The translations under genes and the position numbers were made by a program. A DNA stretch of 64,000 bases, from NCBI GenBank assembly GCA_031375105.1, contig JANMHJ010000040.1, positions 37,798 to 101,797 of the forward strand. The letters are read 5' to 3'. The first letter of the stretch is position 1, and every line of letters begins with the position of its first letter. The notes beneath the pieces were generated by a model that had not been told where the DNA came from, did not search any database, and saw nothing but the letters and a program-made list of their open reading frames with translations. This DNA comes from Variovorax sp. Lineage in GTDB: Bacteria > Pseudomonadota > Gammaproteobacteria > Burkholderiales > Burkholderiaceae_C. Below, one piece after another: positions 40,824 through 51,902 of the stretch.

Positions 40824-42098
40824 ATGAGCACTGCAACACTTGAAGCCAAGGTCGACGTGAACAGCCTGCGCATCAATGGTGATCGCCTCTGGGCATCGCT
40901 GATGGAGTTGGCGCAGATTGGCGCGACACCGAAGGGTGGTGTGTGCCGCCTCACATTGACCGATCTGGACAAGCAAGGCCGAGATTTGGTGACGCGCTGG
41001 GCAAGGGAAGCTGGCATGAGCGTGACCATCGACAAGATTGGCAATGGCTTCATGCGCCGCCCCGGGCGCAACAACAGCCTGCCTCCGATCATGACCGGCA
41101 GCCATATTGACACCCAGCCCACAGGCGGCAAGTTCGATGGCAACTATGGCGTGCTCGCGGGCATCGAGGTGGCGCGCACTTTGAATGATTTGGGCATTGA
41201 AACCGAAGCGCCAATTGAAGTGGCGTTTTGGACGAATGAAGAAGGCTCTCGCTTTGTGCCGGTGATGATGGGCTCAGGCGTGTTTGCCAAGGCGTTCACG
41301 CTGGAGCATGCCTATGCAGCGAAAGATACAGAAGGCAAATCTGTGAAAGATGAGCTGGCTCGGATTGGCTATGTGGGCGATCAAGAGCCGGGCGATCATC
41401 CGATTGGCGCGTATTTTGAAACGCATATCGAGCAAGGCCCGGTGCTGGAAGACCACGACGTCACGATTGGCGTGGTGCAAGGCGTGCTGGGCATTCGCTG
41501 GTTTGACTGCACCGTGACTGGCATGGAAGCGCATGCAGGCCCTACACCGATGGCGTTGCGCAAAGATGCGCTGCAAGTGGCTACGCATTTGATGCAAGAG
41601 GTGGTGGCATCTGCGCTGCGGCATGCGCCGCACGGGCGCGGCACGGTGGGCATGGTGCAGGTGCATCCGAACAGCCGCAATGTGATACCTGGACGGGTGA
41701 AATTTTCGATGGATTTGCGTAACAGCACCGATGCGCTGGTGGATCAAATGGTCACCGAAGTCAAAGCCTATGCCGACAAGCTGAGCAAAGAGTCTGGCCT
41801 GCCGATTCAAATTGAGATGGTGTCAAGCTATTCGGCGATTGGCTTTCATGCCGATTGCATTGATGCGGTGGCGCGCGCTGCTAAGAAGCTGGGTTACTCC
41901 AACATGCCTGTGGTCTCTGGCGCTGGCCATGATGCGGTGTACATGGCCAAGCTGGCTTCCAGTGGCATGATTTTCATTCCCTGCAAAGACGGCATCAGTC
42001 ACAACGAGATTGAAGATGCCAAGCCGGAGCACATCACGGCGGGTTGCAATGTGCTCTTGCATGCGATGCTTGAGCGAGCTGGCGTGGTGGGCTCTTAA
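40824..42098 (+). CDS. M20-family N-carbamoyl amino-acid amidohydrolase (beta-ureidopropionase / allantoate-amidohydrolase type)
   Basis: Amidase, hydantoinase/carbamoylase family (…GSHIDTQPTGGKFDG…, …HAGP…). Follows the dihydropyrimidinase gene. Confidence 0.8.
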   Translation: MSTATLEAKVDVNSLRINGDRLWASLMELAQIGATPKGGVCRLTLTDLDKQGRDLVTRWAREAGMSVTIDKIGNGFMRRPGRNNSLPPIMTGSHIDTQPTGGKFDGNYGVLAGIEVARTLNDLGIETEAPIEVAFWTNEEGSRFVPVMMGSGVFAKAFTLEHAYAAKDTEGKSVKDELARIGYVGDQEPGDHPIGAYFETHIEQGPVLEDHDVTIGVVQGVLGIRWFDCTVTGMEAHAGPTPMALRKDALQVATHLMQEVVASALRHAPHGRGTVGMVQVHPNSRNVIPGRVKFSMDLRNSTDALVDQMVTEVKAYADKLSKESGLPIQIEMVSSYSAIGFHADCIDAVARAAKKLGYSNMPVVSGAGHDAVYMAKLASSGMIFIPCKDGISHNEIEDAKPEHITAGCNVLLHAMLERAGVVGS

Positions 42099-42739
42099 AG
42101 GGCTAAATCGCTCAAGCCGCAGCCACGCAAAATCAGCGACACCACATGCTCTGTGGCGCGGCTGTGCGCCTTGGTGCTCAGATTGTTATGCCCCAGCACC
42201 GCGCTGACCTGCACATCAAAATCAGCATAGGTTTGCGTGGCCGCCCAGATCGTGAAAAAGAGATGCGTGCCATCGACCTTGGCCATGCGGCCTTGATCCA
42301 TCCAAGTTTGCAGCACTGCGGCTTTGGTTTTGACGAGCTTGCGTAGCTCGGTAGCCAGCAACTCTTGCACCACAGGCGCACCATGCAAAAGTTCGTTGGC
42401 AAATACTTTTGACGCATCAGGGCGTTGGATCGACAATGCCATCTTGGCGCGGATGTATTGCTCAATGGCCGTGCGTGGATCAGCATCAAAAACAATCGCA
42501 TCTGCGGGCGCGAGCCAATCGCTCAAAATACGCGCCAACACAGCGCGATAAATCGCCTCTTTGCTGCCAAAGTAGTAATGCAGATTGGCTTTGGGCAAAC
42601 CACTGGCCTGCGCAATCGCAGCCATGGTAGTGCCCGAAAAACCGGCGCGTGCAAACATGGCTTCCGCTGCTGCCAAAATCACGCGTTCATTGGTTTGACG
42701 AATCTGGCTTTGGCCAGCTTCGTCGTTGGGTTTTGTCAT
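42095..42739 (-). CDS. TetR-family regulator, RutR-like (pyrimidine utilisation)
   Basis: N-terminal TetR HTH (RVILAAAEAMFARAGFSGTTMAAIAQASGLPKANLHYYFGSKEAIY) with RutR-like C-terminus. Start set at the ATG at 42737-42739. Confidence 0.7.
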   Translation of the reverse strand: MTKPNDEAGQSQIRQTNERVILAAAEAMFARAGFSGTTMAAIAQASGLPKANLHYYFGSKEAIYRAVLARILSDWLAPADAIVFDADPRTAIEQYIRAKMALSIQRPDASKVFANELLHGAPVVQELLATELRKLVKTKAAVLQTWMDQGRMAKVDGTHLFFTIWAATQTYADFDVQVSAVLGHNNLSTKAHSRATEHVVSLILRGCGLSDLAL

Positions 42740-42851
42740 TGTTGATTGTGATTTACAAGATAGAAGGGCTTGCTGCATTTCAACAGCAAGCCCTGCTATT
42801 TTCATCTGCCTAACCCTCACCAGAAGCAGGGTATTCAGATGTGTTCAGAAT

Positions 42852-43868
42852 TTACTTCTGAGCAGCTTCCCACACAGCATGCGAGTAAGCAGCTTTGCCT
42901 GGATCTTTCTTTATCACAGGTGAGCTGCCAGCGGCCATCAAAACTTTGACGGTACGCTCAAAAGCTGCTGGCTCAAGATAACCCACTTTGGGTGTGCCGG
43001 CATTGGTGATCAGTTTGGCCACGTTTTGCATCTGGCGCAATTGCACTTTTTCAGAAGCGCTGCCCGATGTGTCAGCTGCAACCACGATCTTCGCAGCAGC
43101 TGCTGGATTTTTCACGGCCTCATTCCAGCCCTTGAGTGTGGCTTTGACAAACTTGCCCATGCGAGCCACAAAAGCAGGATCTTTCAGCTTGGATTCGAGC
43201 ACATACAGGCCGTCTTCCAAAGATGCTACGCCTTCTTTTTCATAGAAGAAAGTGACCAGATCGCTTTCTTTCACGCCCGCATCAATCACTTGCCAATATT
43301 CGTTGTAAATCATGGTGGAAATACAAGCGGCTTGGTTTTGCAACAGCGGATCGACGTTGAAGCCTTGCTTCATGATCTTGATGTCGGTATCGGGCTTGTA
43401 GCCGAGCTTGGCCATCCAGTTGAGAAACGGATACTCATTGCCGCCATACCAAACACCCAAGGTTTTGCCCTTCAGATCTTTCGGGCTGGCAACGCCGCTG
43501 CTCTTTTTGCAGGTCAGCATCAGGCCAGATTGGTTGAATACTTGAGCGATATTGACCAACGGCACACCGGCTTCGCGTGCGGCGAGTGCATCTGGCATCC
43601 AGTTCACCACGACATCGGCTTGGTTGCCAGCAATGACTTGTACAGGCGAAATATCGGGGCCGCCGGGCTTGATGGTGACATCCAATCCTGCTTCTTTGTA
43701 ATAGCCTTTGGCTTGCGCCACATAGTAGCCTGCAAACTGCGCTTGGGGCAGCCATTTCAGCTGCACCGTCACTTTTTCAGCTGCCACTGCAACGCCACCC
43801 AAGGTGAGGCTGCAAGCGGCAACTACTGTCGCCAACAGGCGAGAAGTGAGTCGAGAAGAACGCATCAT
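42852..43868 (-). CDS. ABC transporter substrate-binding protein (NMT1/THI5-like, NitT/TauT family)
   Basis: Signal peptide MMRSSRLTSRLLATVVAACSLTLGGVAVAA, followed by a periplasmic binding fold. Confidence 0.75.
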   Translation of the reverse strand: MMRSSRLTSRLLATVVAACSLTLGGVAVAAEKVTVQLKWLPQAQFAGYYVAQAKGYYKEAGLDVTIKPGGPDISPVQVIAGNQADVVVNWMPDALAAREAGVPLVNIAQVFNQSGLMLTCKKSSGVASPKDLKGKTLGVWYGGNEYPFLNWMAKLGYKPDTDIKIMKQGFNVDPLLQNQAACISTMIYNEYWQVIDAGVKESDLVTFFYEKEGVASLEDGLYVLESKLKDPAFVARMGKFVKATLKGWNEAVKNPAAAAKIVVAADTSGSASEKVQLRQMQNVAKLITNAGTPKVGYLEPAAFERTVKVLMAAGSSPVIKKDPGKAAYSHAVWEAAQK

Positions 43869-43940
43869 GAAAACTCCTTTAAGTTAAAAACACAAGCACA
43901 AAACAAATCAACCACTAGGTACATCTATGCATCCATCGCT

Positions 43941-44909
43941 TCAGGTTTCCCTGACTGATGGATGCCAAAAAATCGCACGCCGCTCCAACTGAACTAGCAA
44001 GGCGTATGCCACCGAGCCCGTGATTGCCGCCACCACAATCGCGCCCCACACCAAAGCCATATTCATCTTGGCAGATTCTGTGGAAATACGAAACCCCAGC
44101 CCTTGTGTGGGTGAACCAAAAAACTCCGCCACGATAGCCCCGATCAGCGCCAGAGTGGCATTGATTTTGAGCGCACCAAAGATAAAAGGCAATGCCGCTG
44201 GCAAGCGCAGCGCTAGCAATGTGCGCGGATAACTGGCGGCATAGCCATGCATCAATTCACGCTCTAGCTTACCTGCCGCTTGCAACCCGGCAATGGTGGA
44301 AACCAGCATGGGAAAGAAGGTCATGAGCACCACCACCGCTGCTTTGGAAGGCCATTCAAAGCCAAACCACATCACCGCAATCGGCGCTACACCCACCAAG
44401 GGAATCGCGCTGGTCAGCGAAGCCACGGGCATCAAGCCGCGCTGCAAGAAAGGCATTTTGTCAATCGCCAGCGCCACCGCAAAACCCAAGGCGCAGCCCA
44501 GCGCCCAGCCCACCAACACGGCCTTGCCCACGGTTTGCACAAAGTCGCCCCACAAAGTGGCGCTGTGCTCCAGCATGGAGCGCACGATCAACCAAGGTGC
44601 TGGCAACAAAACGCGGGGCACTTCAAACGCTGTCACCAACAGTTGCCAAAAATACACCACCCAAATGCCAAACAAACCCGCTGTGAGCAAACCCACCGTG
44701 CGCGATGCGCCCGGCAGAGAAGCGGTGCGCTGAATGCTCCAGATGGCGGCACAAGCCAAGGCGAGAGTCGCTAACCAGAAAGCAAAAGGCAAGCCGCCTT
44801 CGCCGCTCTCGGGCGGCGTGGCGAATGGAAGCAGCAGCGCCGCGCTAGATGCGCAGGTGGCTATTAGTACAAGCGTCAGCATGGAGGTTGATTTTGGCGC
44901 TGTGCTCAT
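43941..44909 (-). CDS. ABC transporter permease (NitT/TauT family)
   Basis: BPD_transp_1 permease. Start set at MSTAPKS… (44909), overlapping the upstream permease stop by 4 nt; the ORF-track start at 45005 is too long. Confidence 0.7.
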   Translation of the reverse strand: MSTAPKSTSMLTLVLIATCASSAALLLPFATPPESGEGGLPFAFWLATLALACAAIWSIQRTASLPGASRTVGLLTAGLFGIWVVYFWQLLVTAFEVPRVLLPAPWLIVRSMLEHSATLWGDFVQTVGKAVLVGWALGCALGFAVALAIDKMPFLQRGLMPVASLTSAIPLVGVAPIAVMWFGFEWPSKAAVVVLMTFFPMLVSTIAGLQAAGKLERELMHGYAASYPRTLLALRLPAALPFIFGALKINATLALIGAIVAEFFGSPTQGLGFRISTESAKMNMALVWGAIVVAAITGSVAYALLVQLERRAIFWHPSVRET

Positions 44910-45814
44910 ACACGCCCCCGGTTGCGCAAAAAGTAACGTTCTGACAAAGCCACTAGCGAGGTGAGTGCCAATCCCAGCAGCGCAGACATCACCAAGGCCG
45001 ACCAAATCTGCACCGTGTTGCCGTAGTACGAACCGGTGAGCAACCGCGCCCCCAAGCCCGCTTGCGCCCCCGTGGGTAATTCAGCCACCATCGCGCCCAC
45101 CAATCCCGCAGCCACGCCTACCCGCAAAGCAGGAAACAAAAATGGCAACGAAGCTGGCAAACGCAAAAACCACAGTGCTTGCCAAGGGCTGGCGGCATAG
45201 GTGTGCATCATCTCGGTTTCAATGCGCTGGGGCGAACGCAGGCCTTGCACCATCGCCACCGTCACAGGGAAAAAGCACAAATACATCGCAATCACCGCTT
45301 TCGGCGCAATGCCTGAAAAACCCATGCTGCCTAAGATCACCAGCACGATGGGCGCAATCGCCAACACTGGTACAGTTTGCGAGGCCACGATCCAAGGCAG
45401 CAAGGCACGATCTAGCGTGCGCGAATGCACAATGGCAATCGACAAGATCAAGCCCAGCGCCGTACCCATCACAAAGCCGAGCAGGGTTGATTGCCCAGTC
45501 ACGGCCACATGAAACAGCAAATTGCGTGGCGAATCGAGCGGCCAATCGGTCAGGCTTGACCACATGTCCAGCGCCACCTGATGCGGTGCAGGCATCAAAG
45601 GGCGCTCCATCGACATCGTGGCTTGCAGCAAGTCTTGCCAGCCCCAACCCTCTTGATCGTTCAACACGCGCTCAATCGCACCTGGGGAATTCAGCACCCA
45701 AGCCGCCACATACCAAACCAAGAACAGCACCGCCAAGACCACCGCCACAGGCAAGCCTTGATGCAGCAGCCGCGATGTGGAAGAAGGGGGCAAGGTTTTA
45801 CTCATGGTGGCCAT
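44906..45814 (-). CDS. ABC transporter permease (NitT/TauT family), second subunit
   Basis: BPD_transp_1 permease. Likely start MATMSKTLPP (about 45814). Confidence 0.7.
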   Translation of the reverse strand: MATMSKTLPPSSTSRLLHQGLPVAVVLAVLFLVWYVAAWVLNSPGAIERVLNDQEGWGWQDLLQATMSMERPLMPAPHQVALDMWSSLTDWPLDSPRNLLFHVAVTGQSTLLGFVMGTALGLILSIAIVHSRTLDRALLPWIVASQTVPVLAIAPIVLVILGSMGFSGIAPKAVIAMYLCFFPVTVAMVQGLRSPQRIETEMMHTYAASPWQALWFLRLPASLPFLFPALRVGVAAGLVGAMVAELPTGAQAGLGARLLTGSYYGNTVQIWSALVMSALLGLALTSLVALSERYFLRNRGRV

Positions 45815-46628
45815 CTGCCAAAGCCTCGCGCACCTCATGCGCCAGCGCGATGAACTCTGGGCTATCGCGCAGCCCCAAATACCGCTCATTCGGTAAGGTG
45901 GAATCGATCACTTTCACAATGCGCCCTGGGCGCGGCGACATCACCACAATGCGGGTGGACAAATACACCGCCTCGGCAATCGAGTGCGTCACAAACACCA
46001 CCGTGCGCTTTTCGCGCTGCCAGAGCTGCTGAAGCTGCTCATTGAGCCGATCGCGGGTGATTTCATCGAGCGCTCCAAAGGGCTCGTCCATCATCAAGAG
46101 CTTGGGCTCAAACGAAAGCGCCCGCGCAATCGAGACGCGCTGCTGCATGCCGCCCGAGAGCTGCCAAGGGTATTTGTTTTCAAAACCTGTGAGGCTCACC
46201 CGCGCCAAATGCTCCATCGCAGTAGCGCGCGCCTTCTCGCGCGAATGCCCCTGAATCTGCAAAGGCAGCGTCACGTTAGCCAACACGGTGCGCCAAGGAA
46301 ACAAGGCGGGCGACTGAAACACATAGCCATAAGCGCGAGCCAGCCGCGCATCTTGCGGCGACACGCCGTTGACCAACACTTCGCCACTGCTGATTTGCTC
46401 TAAATCTGCAATCACGCGCATCAGGGTGGTTTTGCCGCAACCCGAAGGGCCAATCAGAGAGACGAATTCGCCTTGCGCAATATCCAAATCAATGTCGCTC
46501 AGCGCGTGAACGGGTTGATCGGCCGTTTGATAAATCACGCTGGCATGGCGCACCTGAACAGCACGGGCTTGCTCTTTGGTGGCGGGTGCTGCTTGATGTT
46601 GTGCAGGAGGAAGGTCAGATAGGGTCAT
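45798..46628 (-). CDS. ABC transporter ATP-binding protein (NitT/TauT family)
   Basis: Walker A GPSGCGKTT, signature LSGGMQQR, Walker B LLMMDEPF. Confidence 0.85.
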   Translation of the reverse strand: MTLSDLPPAQHQAAPATKEQARAVQVRHASVIYQTADQPVHALSDIDLDIAQGEFVSLIGPSGCGKTTLMRVIADLEQISSGEVLVNGVSPQDARLARAYGYVFQSPALFPWRTVLANVTLPLQIQGHSREKARATAMEHLARVSLTGFENKYPWQLSGGMQQRVSIARALSFEPKLLMMDEPFGALDEITRDRLNEQLQQLWQREKRTVVFVTHSIAEAVYLSTRIVVMSPRPGRIVKVIDSTLPNERYLGLRDSPEFIALAHEVREALADGHHE

Positions 46629-46852
46629 TGGCGAAAATGGTGGAAATCAAAGGCAAACCGCCATCAAGGCAGCTTGCAAGCGCAGCTCGTGATCGAAAAG
46701 TTAACCATTTGGTCAACTATTTCAAAAGAATGTAAGCGATTTTCGTGCCAGACAGCACAGCAAAAACCCCCATTCAAAAGGATGAGTCAGTGCAGCGGCG
46801 GGGCGATTGGCTGCACAGCTGACGCTGCGAAGTGGCCATCAGCGCGTTTGTT

Positions 46853-49481
46853 TTAGGCTGCCGCTGCCACAATGCTAGCAGCGTCCACATGGAAGAATTT
46901 TCGTAAGGCTGCTCGCGTATCGCTGCGGCCAAAGCCATCGGTGCCGAGGGTTTTGTAGCTGCGGCCTGCGGGAATACAAAAGCGCACCTGCTCCGGAACA
47001 GAGCGCACATAGTCGGTGGCGGCGATGATGGGGCCTTCAGTCTGCGACAAGATGTGTGCGAGCCAAGGCGTTTGCTGGCTTACTTCGCAGGCTTGCGCAT
47101 CGCGTGCGAGCTCGCTCCAACTGGTGACGCTGATGACGTGAACGCAACAGCCGCCGCGCTGCAATTGCTGGGCTGCTTGGATCACTTCGGTGAGAATCGC
47201 ACCAGAGCCGAGTAGGGTGATATTTTTTATCTCATTTTTAAGGCTTGTAGGCGCTTGGCCGACATCATCATTGCGTAACTTGCTATCAAATAAATAGCAT
47301 CCACGAATCACACCTTCATGCGCTGCTTCAGGCAAATCAGGCTGCGCATAGTTTTCGTTCATCAAGGTGACGTAGTAGAAAACGTCTTGTTGCTCGATCA
47401 GCATCTCGCGTGCGCCGTGATCGATGATGACGGCCATCTCGCCTGCGAAAGCAGGATCGTAGGCTTTGCAGTTGGGGATGGTGGCGGCCACCAAATGGCT
47501 GGAGCCATCTTGGTGCTGCAAGCCTTCGCCGCCCAAAGTGGTGCGCCCCGAGGTTGCGCCGAGCAGGAAGCCGCGAGCGCGTTGGTCTGCCGCAGCCCAG
47601 ATGGCATCGCCCACCCGCTGGAAGCCAAACATGCTGTAGTAAATGTAGAAAGGCAGCATGGACAAGCCGTGCACACTGTAGCTGGTGGCCGCAGCCGTCC
47701 AGCTGGCAATCGCGCCAGCTTCGCTGATGCCTTCTTCCAAAATTTGACCGTTGAGTGCTTCGCGATACGAGAGCACCGAGCCGATGTCTTCAGGGGCGTA
47801 TTTCTGGCCAACGCTGCTGTAAATGCCGACTTGCTTGAACAAATTGGCCATACCAAAAGTGCGCGCTTCGTCTGCCACGATGGGCACGACACGCGGCCCG
47901 AGCTCGGCATCTTTGAGCAAATTGCCCAGCAGGCGCACGAAGGCCATGGTGGTGCTCATTTCTTTGCCGTTGGTTTGCAGCGCAAATTGCGCATAGCTGG
48001 GCAGCGCGGGCATGGGTAAGGCCTGCGCATGGGTTTGCCTTTTGGGCAGATACCCGCCGAGTTGTGCGCGCTTCTGATGCAGGTAATGCATCTCGGCGCT
48101 GTCTGCTGCGGGTTTGTAGTACTCAAGATTTTTTGCTTGCTCGTCTGTGAGTGGCAGATTGAAGCGATTGCGGTAGTCGATCAAATCGGTGTCGTCGAGT
48201 TTCTTTTGGCTGTGGGTCGTCATCTTGCCTTGGCCGGCTGTGCCCATACCGTAGCCTTTTTTGGTGTGCGCGAGGATGACAGTGGGCTGGCCGCTGTGGG
48301 CAGCGGCAGCAGCGTAGGCGGCGTGGATTTTCACGATGTCGTGGCCGCCGCGCTTTAAGCGGTCTATTTGCTCATCGGTCATGCCTTGGGCGAGGGCGGC
48401 AAGCTCTGGGTTTTGACCAAAGAAATGTTCGCGGTTGTAGCGGCCATCTTTGGCAGCGAAGGTTTGCATTTGGCCATCCACCGTGTGGCTGAAGGCTCGC
48501 GTGAGTGCGCCTGCATGATCGCGGGCGAAGAGGCCATCCCAATCGCTGCCCCAGATGAGCTTGATCACATGCCAACCTGCGCCTGTGAAGAGTTGCTCCA
48601 GCTCGTCAATGATGCGACCGTTGCCGCGCACCGGGCCGTCCAACCGCTGCAAATTGCAGTTGACTACCCACACGAGATTGTCTAAGCCTTCGCGCGCAGC
48701 AAGTGTGAGTGCACTCATGGACTCAGGCTCATCCATCTCACCATCGCCAAACACGCCCCATACTTTTCTTGCGCTGCAATTGAGCAATTGGCGATGCGTG
48801 AGGTAGCGCATGAAGCGGGCATGGTAAATGCTACTGATCGGGCCGATGCCCATGGAGCCCGTAGGGAACTGCCAAAAATCGGGCATGAGCCAAGGATGCG
48901 GATAGCTGGATAAGCCGCGTGCACCATGTTGCGGCGCTTCGATTTCGCGGCGATAAAAGTTCAGATCGTTCTCCGTCAAACGGCCTTCGAGAAAAGCGCG
49001 TGCATACACGCCGGGTGCGCTATGCGGTTGGAAAAACACCAAATCGCCGCCATGGTGCGCATCTCGCGCATGGAAAAAATGGTTGAAGCCCACTTCAAAC
49101 AAATCTGCCGCACTGGCATAGCTGGCGATATGGCCGCCGAGTTCGCCATAGGCTTTGTTGGCCCGCGCCACCATCGCCAGCGCGTTCCAGCGCATGAGTG
49201 AGCCGAGCTTTTCTTCGATGGCCAAATCGCCTGGAAAAGCGCCCTGCTGGCTCACATGAATTGTGTTCACATAAGGCGTGGCCAGCTCAGGCTTCCATTG
49301 CACTTGCGCGGCATGCGCTGCGCGCACCAGCTCATCGAGCACGAAGCGCGCGCGCTGGGCGCCTTGCGTGGCCACCAGCGCTGCAAAGGCATCGCGCCAT
49401 TCAGCAGTTTCTTGAGGGTCGGCATCCAAGTTTGTTTCGGTGCTGGCGAGCAAATGATGGTGTGAGGTAGGTGCATTCATA
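46853..49481 (-). CDS. aceE: Pyruvate dehydrogenase E1 component, homodimeric type (AceE paralogue; no adjacent E2/E3)
   Basis: About 876 aa with transketolase-like ThDP fold (…GDGEMDEPES…). Start set at MNAPTSHHH (ATG at 49479-49481). Confidence 0.85.
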
Positions 49482-49567
49482 CAGCTGAATTGTGGATAAA
49501 TCACTGAAAAATGTGCTGCCGAATTCAGCTTCTTGATGGGATAAATTGAGCATAAAATGCCGTTTAT

Positions 49568-50032
49568 ATGCATTTAGACAGCATTGATTTCAAGATTTTG
49601 AGTGAATTGCAGCGTGAAGGTGACATTTCCAATGTGGAGCTGGCGCGTCGCGTGCATCTCTCGCCATCGCCCTGTCTCGCGCGTGTGAAGGCGCTTGAGG
49701 CTACAGGCGTGATCAGCCGATATGTGGCCTTGGTCAATGCATCAGCGATGGGTTTGGGTTTGAACGTGTTCATCAACATCAGCCTCAAAACCCAAAGCAA
49801 ACAAGCGCTGGCTGATTTTGAGCAGCGCATCGCTGAGCATGACGAGGTGATGGAATGCTATTTGATGACGGGCGACAGCGATTACCTCATCCGTGTGGCG
49901 GTTGCAGATATGGCGGCGCTGGAGCGCTTTATTTTGGATCAACTCACACCGATACCCGGCTTAGAAAAAATTCGCACCAGTTTCACACTCAAGCAAGTGC
50001 GCTATAAAACGGCATTGCCGCTGCCGCGCTGA
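49568..50032 (+). CDS. lrp: Lrp/AsnC-family transcriptional regulator
   Basis: IDFKILSELQREGDISNVELARRVHLSPSPCLARVKALE HTH plus a RAM domain. Divergent from aceE. Confidence 0.85.
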   Translation: MHLDSIDFKILSELQREGDISNVELARRVHLSPSPCLARVKALEATGVISRYVALVNASAMGLGLNVFINISLKTQSKQALADFEQRIAEHDEVMECYLMTGDSDYLIRVAVADMAALERFILDQLTPIPGLEKIRTSFTLKQVRYKTALPLPR

Positions 50033-50051
50033 TCTAACTCGAGAAGATGCT

Positions 50052-50816
50052 ATGACCCAAGATTTGTTTCGCCAAGATGCCTATTTGAGCGAATGCAGCG
50101 CCACTGTGCTGGCCGTCACTGAGCAGGGGGTGATTCTGGATCGCACCGTGTTTTATCCGCTTGGCGGCGGGCAGGCGGGAGATGCGGGCTGGCTGGTGTT
50201 GCCCGATGGCCACGAGCTGGTGGTGAGCGATACGCGCAAAGCCAAGGATGCTACGGGGTTGCCCACAACAGATATTTTGCATGTTTTGGCTCCTGAGCAT
50301 CTACAAATCCTACATAGTTTGCTATTAAATTCAGAGCAGACAGGCGCTGCGATACAACTCACCGCTCGCATCGACTGGCCGCGCCGCTATTCGCTGATGC
50401 GCTTTCACACCACTACACATCTGCTGTGTCATCTCGTGCCCCAGCTTGTCAACGGCTGCTCGATCACGGCTGATTACGCACGGCTGGATTTCAACATGAC
50501 CGAGCCGTTAGACAAAGAGCTGCTGAGCGCCGGCATCGCCCAGCTCGTGCAAGCCGCGCATCCCGTCACTTTGAGCAGCATCACTGATGAAGAGCTCGAT
50601 GCCAACCCCGCCCTCGTCAAAAGCATGAGCGTTAGCCCCCCGCGCGGTAGCGGCGTGATCCGCACGATTCGCGTGGGATCCAAGCAACTGATTGACCTGC
50701 AACCCTGCGGCGGCACACATGTGGCCAACACGTCTGAGATTGGCGATGTGCGCGTGATCAAAATTGAGAAAAAATCCGCCACGACGCGGCGAGTGGTGTT
50801 AGGATTTTGCCCATGA
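50052..50816 (+). CDS. alaX: Alanyl-tRNA editing protein AlaX-M (Ser-tRNA(Ala) deacylase)
   Basis: tRNA_SAD-type editing domain with HxxxH (FHTTTHLLCHLV) and CxxxH (CGGTHV) zinc motifs. Confidence 0.8.
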   Translation: MTQDLFRQDAYLSECSATVLAVTEQGVILDRTVFYPLGGGQAGDAGWLVLPDGHELVVSDTRKAKDATGLPTTDILHVLAPEHLQILHSLLLNSEQTGAAIQLTARIDWPRRYSLMRFHTTTHLLCHLVPQLVNGCSITADYARLDFNMTEPLDKELLSAGIAQLVQAAHPVTLSSITDEELDANPALVKSMSVSPPRGSGVIRTIRVGSKQLIDLQPCGGTHVANTSEIGDVRVIKIEKKSATTRRVVLGFCP

Positions 50817-50836
50817 ATCTACAAAGAAAACGCAGC

Positions 50837-51868
50837 ATGCAACCAGATCGTAGGCTGTTGTGCTGGCTGGCTTTGCTGCTTTGCTTTAGTTGGGGTCAGG
50901 CCTCAGCGCAAAGTCCTCAGAGCTTGGTATGGTTGACAGCCGTTCGCTTGTCGGCAGGGATGGTGATGGATCCGATGATGCCTTTGGCCGGCTGCGAGGT
51001 GGCCGCACGTCAGGCGATTGCACAGCGACAAGAGGCGATGGGTGAGCGTCTCAGATCGGAAGCCGGACAATGGTCGCTGCATCCTTTGTCGATGCCCGCT
51101 TCTGCAACGCACTCTGCCGCATTGACAGCCTTGATGCAAGCACCGTTGTGGGTTGTGGATGAAAAAGGCAGCAGACCCGTACAACTGACGCAATTGGTGG
51201 GCGCGCTGGTGCTGTCGAATGGCCCATGCTTGCATCTGAGCAATTTTGAATTGCCGCAGATGCGGCGCTTCAATTTGGCTGACGATGCAGATTTGCTGAT
51301 CTCGACACGGCCCTTGTCCAGCAGCACGCGGCTGGTACGCGCTAGGCAGCCGACGCATCAAGCCTTTGCAAACAATGAATTCAACCCTCGCCTCGAGCGT
51401 CCTTTGGCAGCTTGGTTTTCCTCTCAAGCTGAATTGATGCAGGCGTTTGCCAAAGATCTGCCCAAGCCGAACGATGCTGCTGATCGAGAGATCTGCATTG
51501 CCTCGCATCAAGCCTTCAATGCCACGCTGGACGGCGCATTGAGACCATTGATCAGCCTTCGGGTTCAGTGGTGTGAATGTGCGCAACGTGAAGCGGGCGT
51601 TTGCCGCAGACTGAACGATCCGCGCGGCAAACTAGCGCAGTGGCTCGCCGTGGTCGAGCGGCGAACGGGCGCGATCTGGCACAGCACCGTGGGCGGTGCG
51701 GATGATCTGCAGTTTATGAGCGTGATAGCTTTGGCTACCGGGGGTGATCTGAAAGAAGACGTGATTTGGCTGCTCGAAGAGCGTGCGCAAGGCGTGCAAA
51801 GCTCAGTCTTGATGCGCGAAGACAGGCAGCTCAAGCGGCAAATGATTTCCAGCTACTCGGGCCTGTGA
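50837..51868 (+). CDS. Secreted protein of unknown function, paralogue A (tandem pair)
   Basis: Signal peptide RLLCWLALLLCFSWGQASAQS. Shares conserved blocks with the next ORF (HQAFNATLDGALRPLISLRVQWCECAQ, WLAVVERR, C-terminal ISSYSGL). No recognisable domain. Confidence 0.5.
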   Translation: MQPDRRLLCWLALLLCFSWGQASAQSPQSLVWLTAVRLSAGMVMDPMMPLAGCEVAARQAIAQRQEAMGERLRSEAGQWSLHPLSMPASATHSAALTALMQAPLWVVDEKGSRPVQLTQLVGALVLSNGPCLHLSNFELPQMRRFNLADDADLLISTRPLSSSTRLVRARQPTHQAFANNEFNPRLERPLAAWFSSQAELMQAFAKDLPKPNDAADREICIASHQAFNATLDGALRPLISLRVQWCECAQREAGVCRRLNDPRGKLAQWLAVVERRTGAIWHSTVGGADDLQFMSVIALATGGDLKEDVIWLLEERAQGVQSSVLMREDRQLKRQMISSYSGL

Positions 51869-51902
51869 GTCTGTGTTACTCCACTGATCTGATGGAGCAG
51901 CG

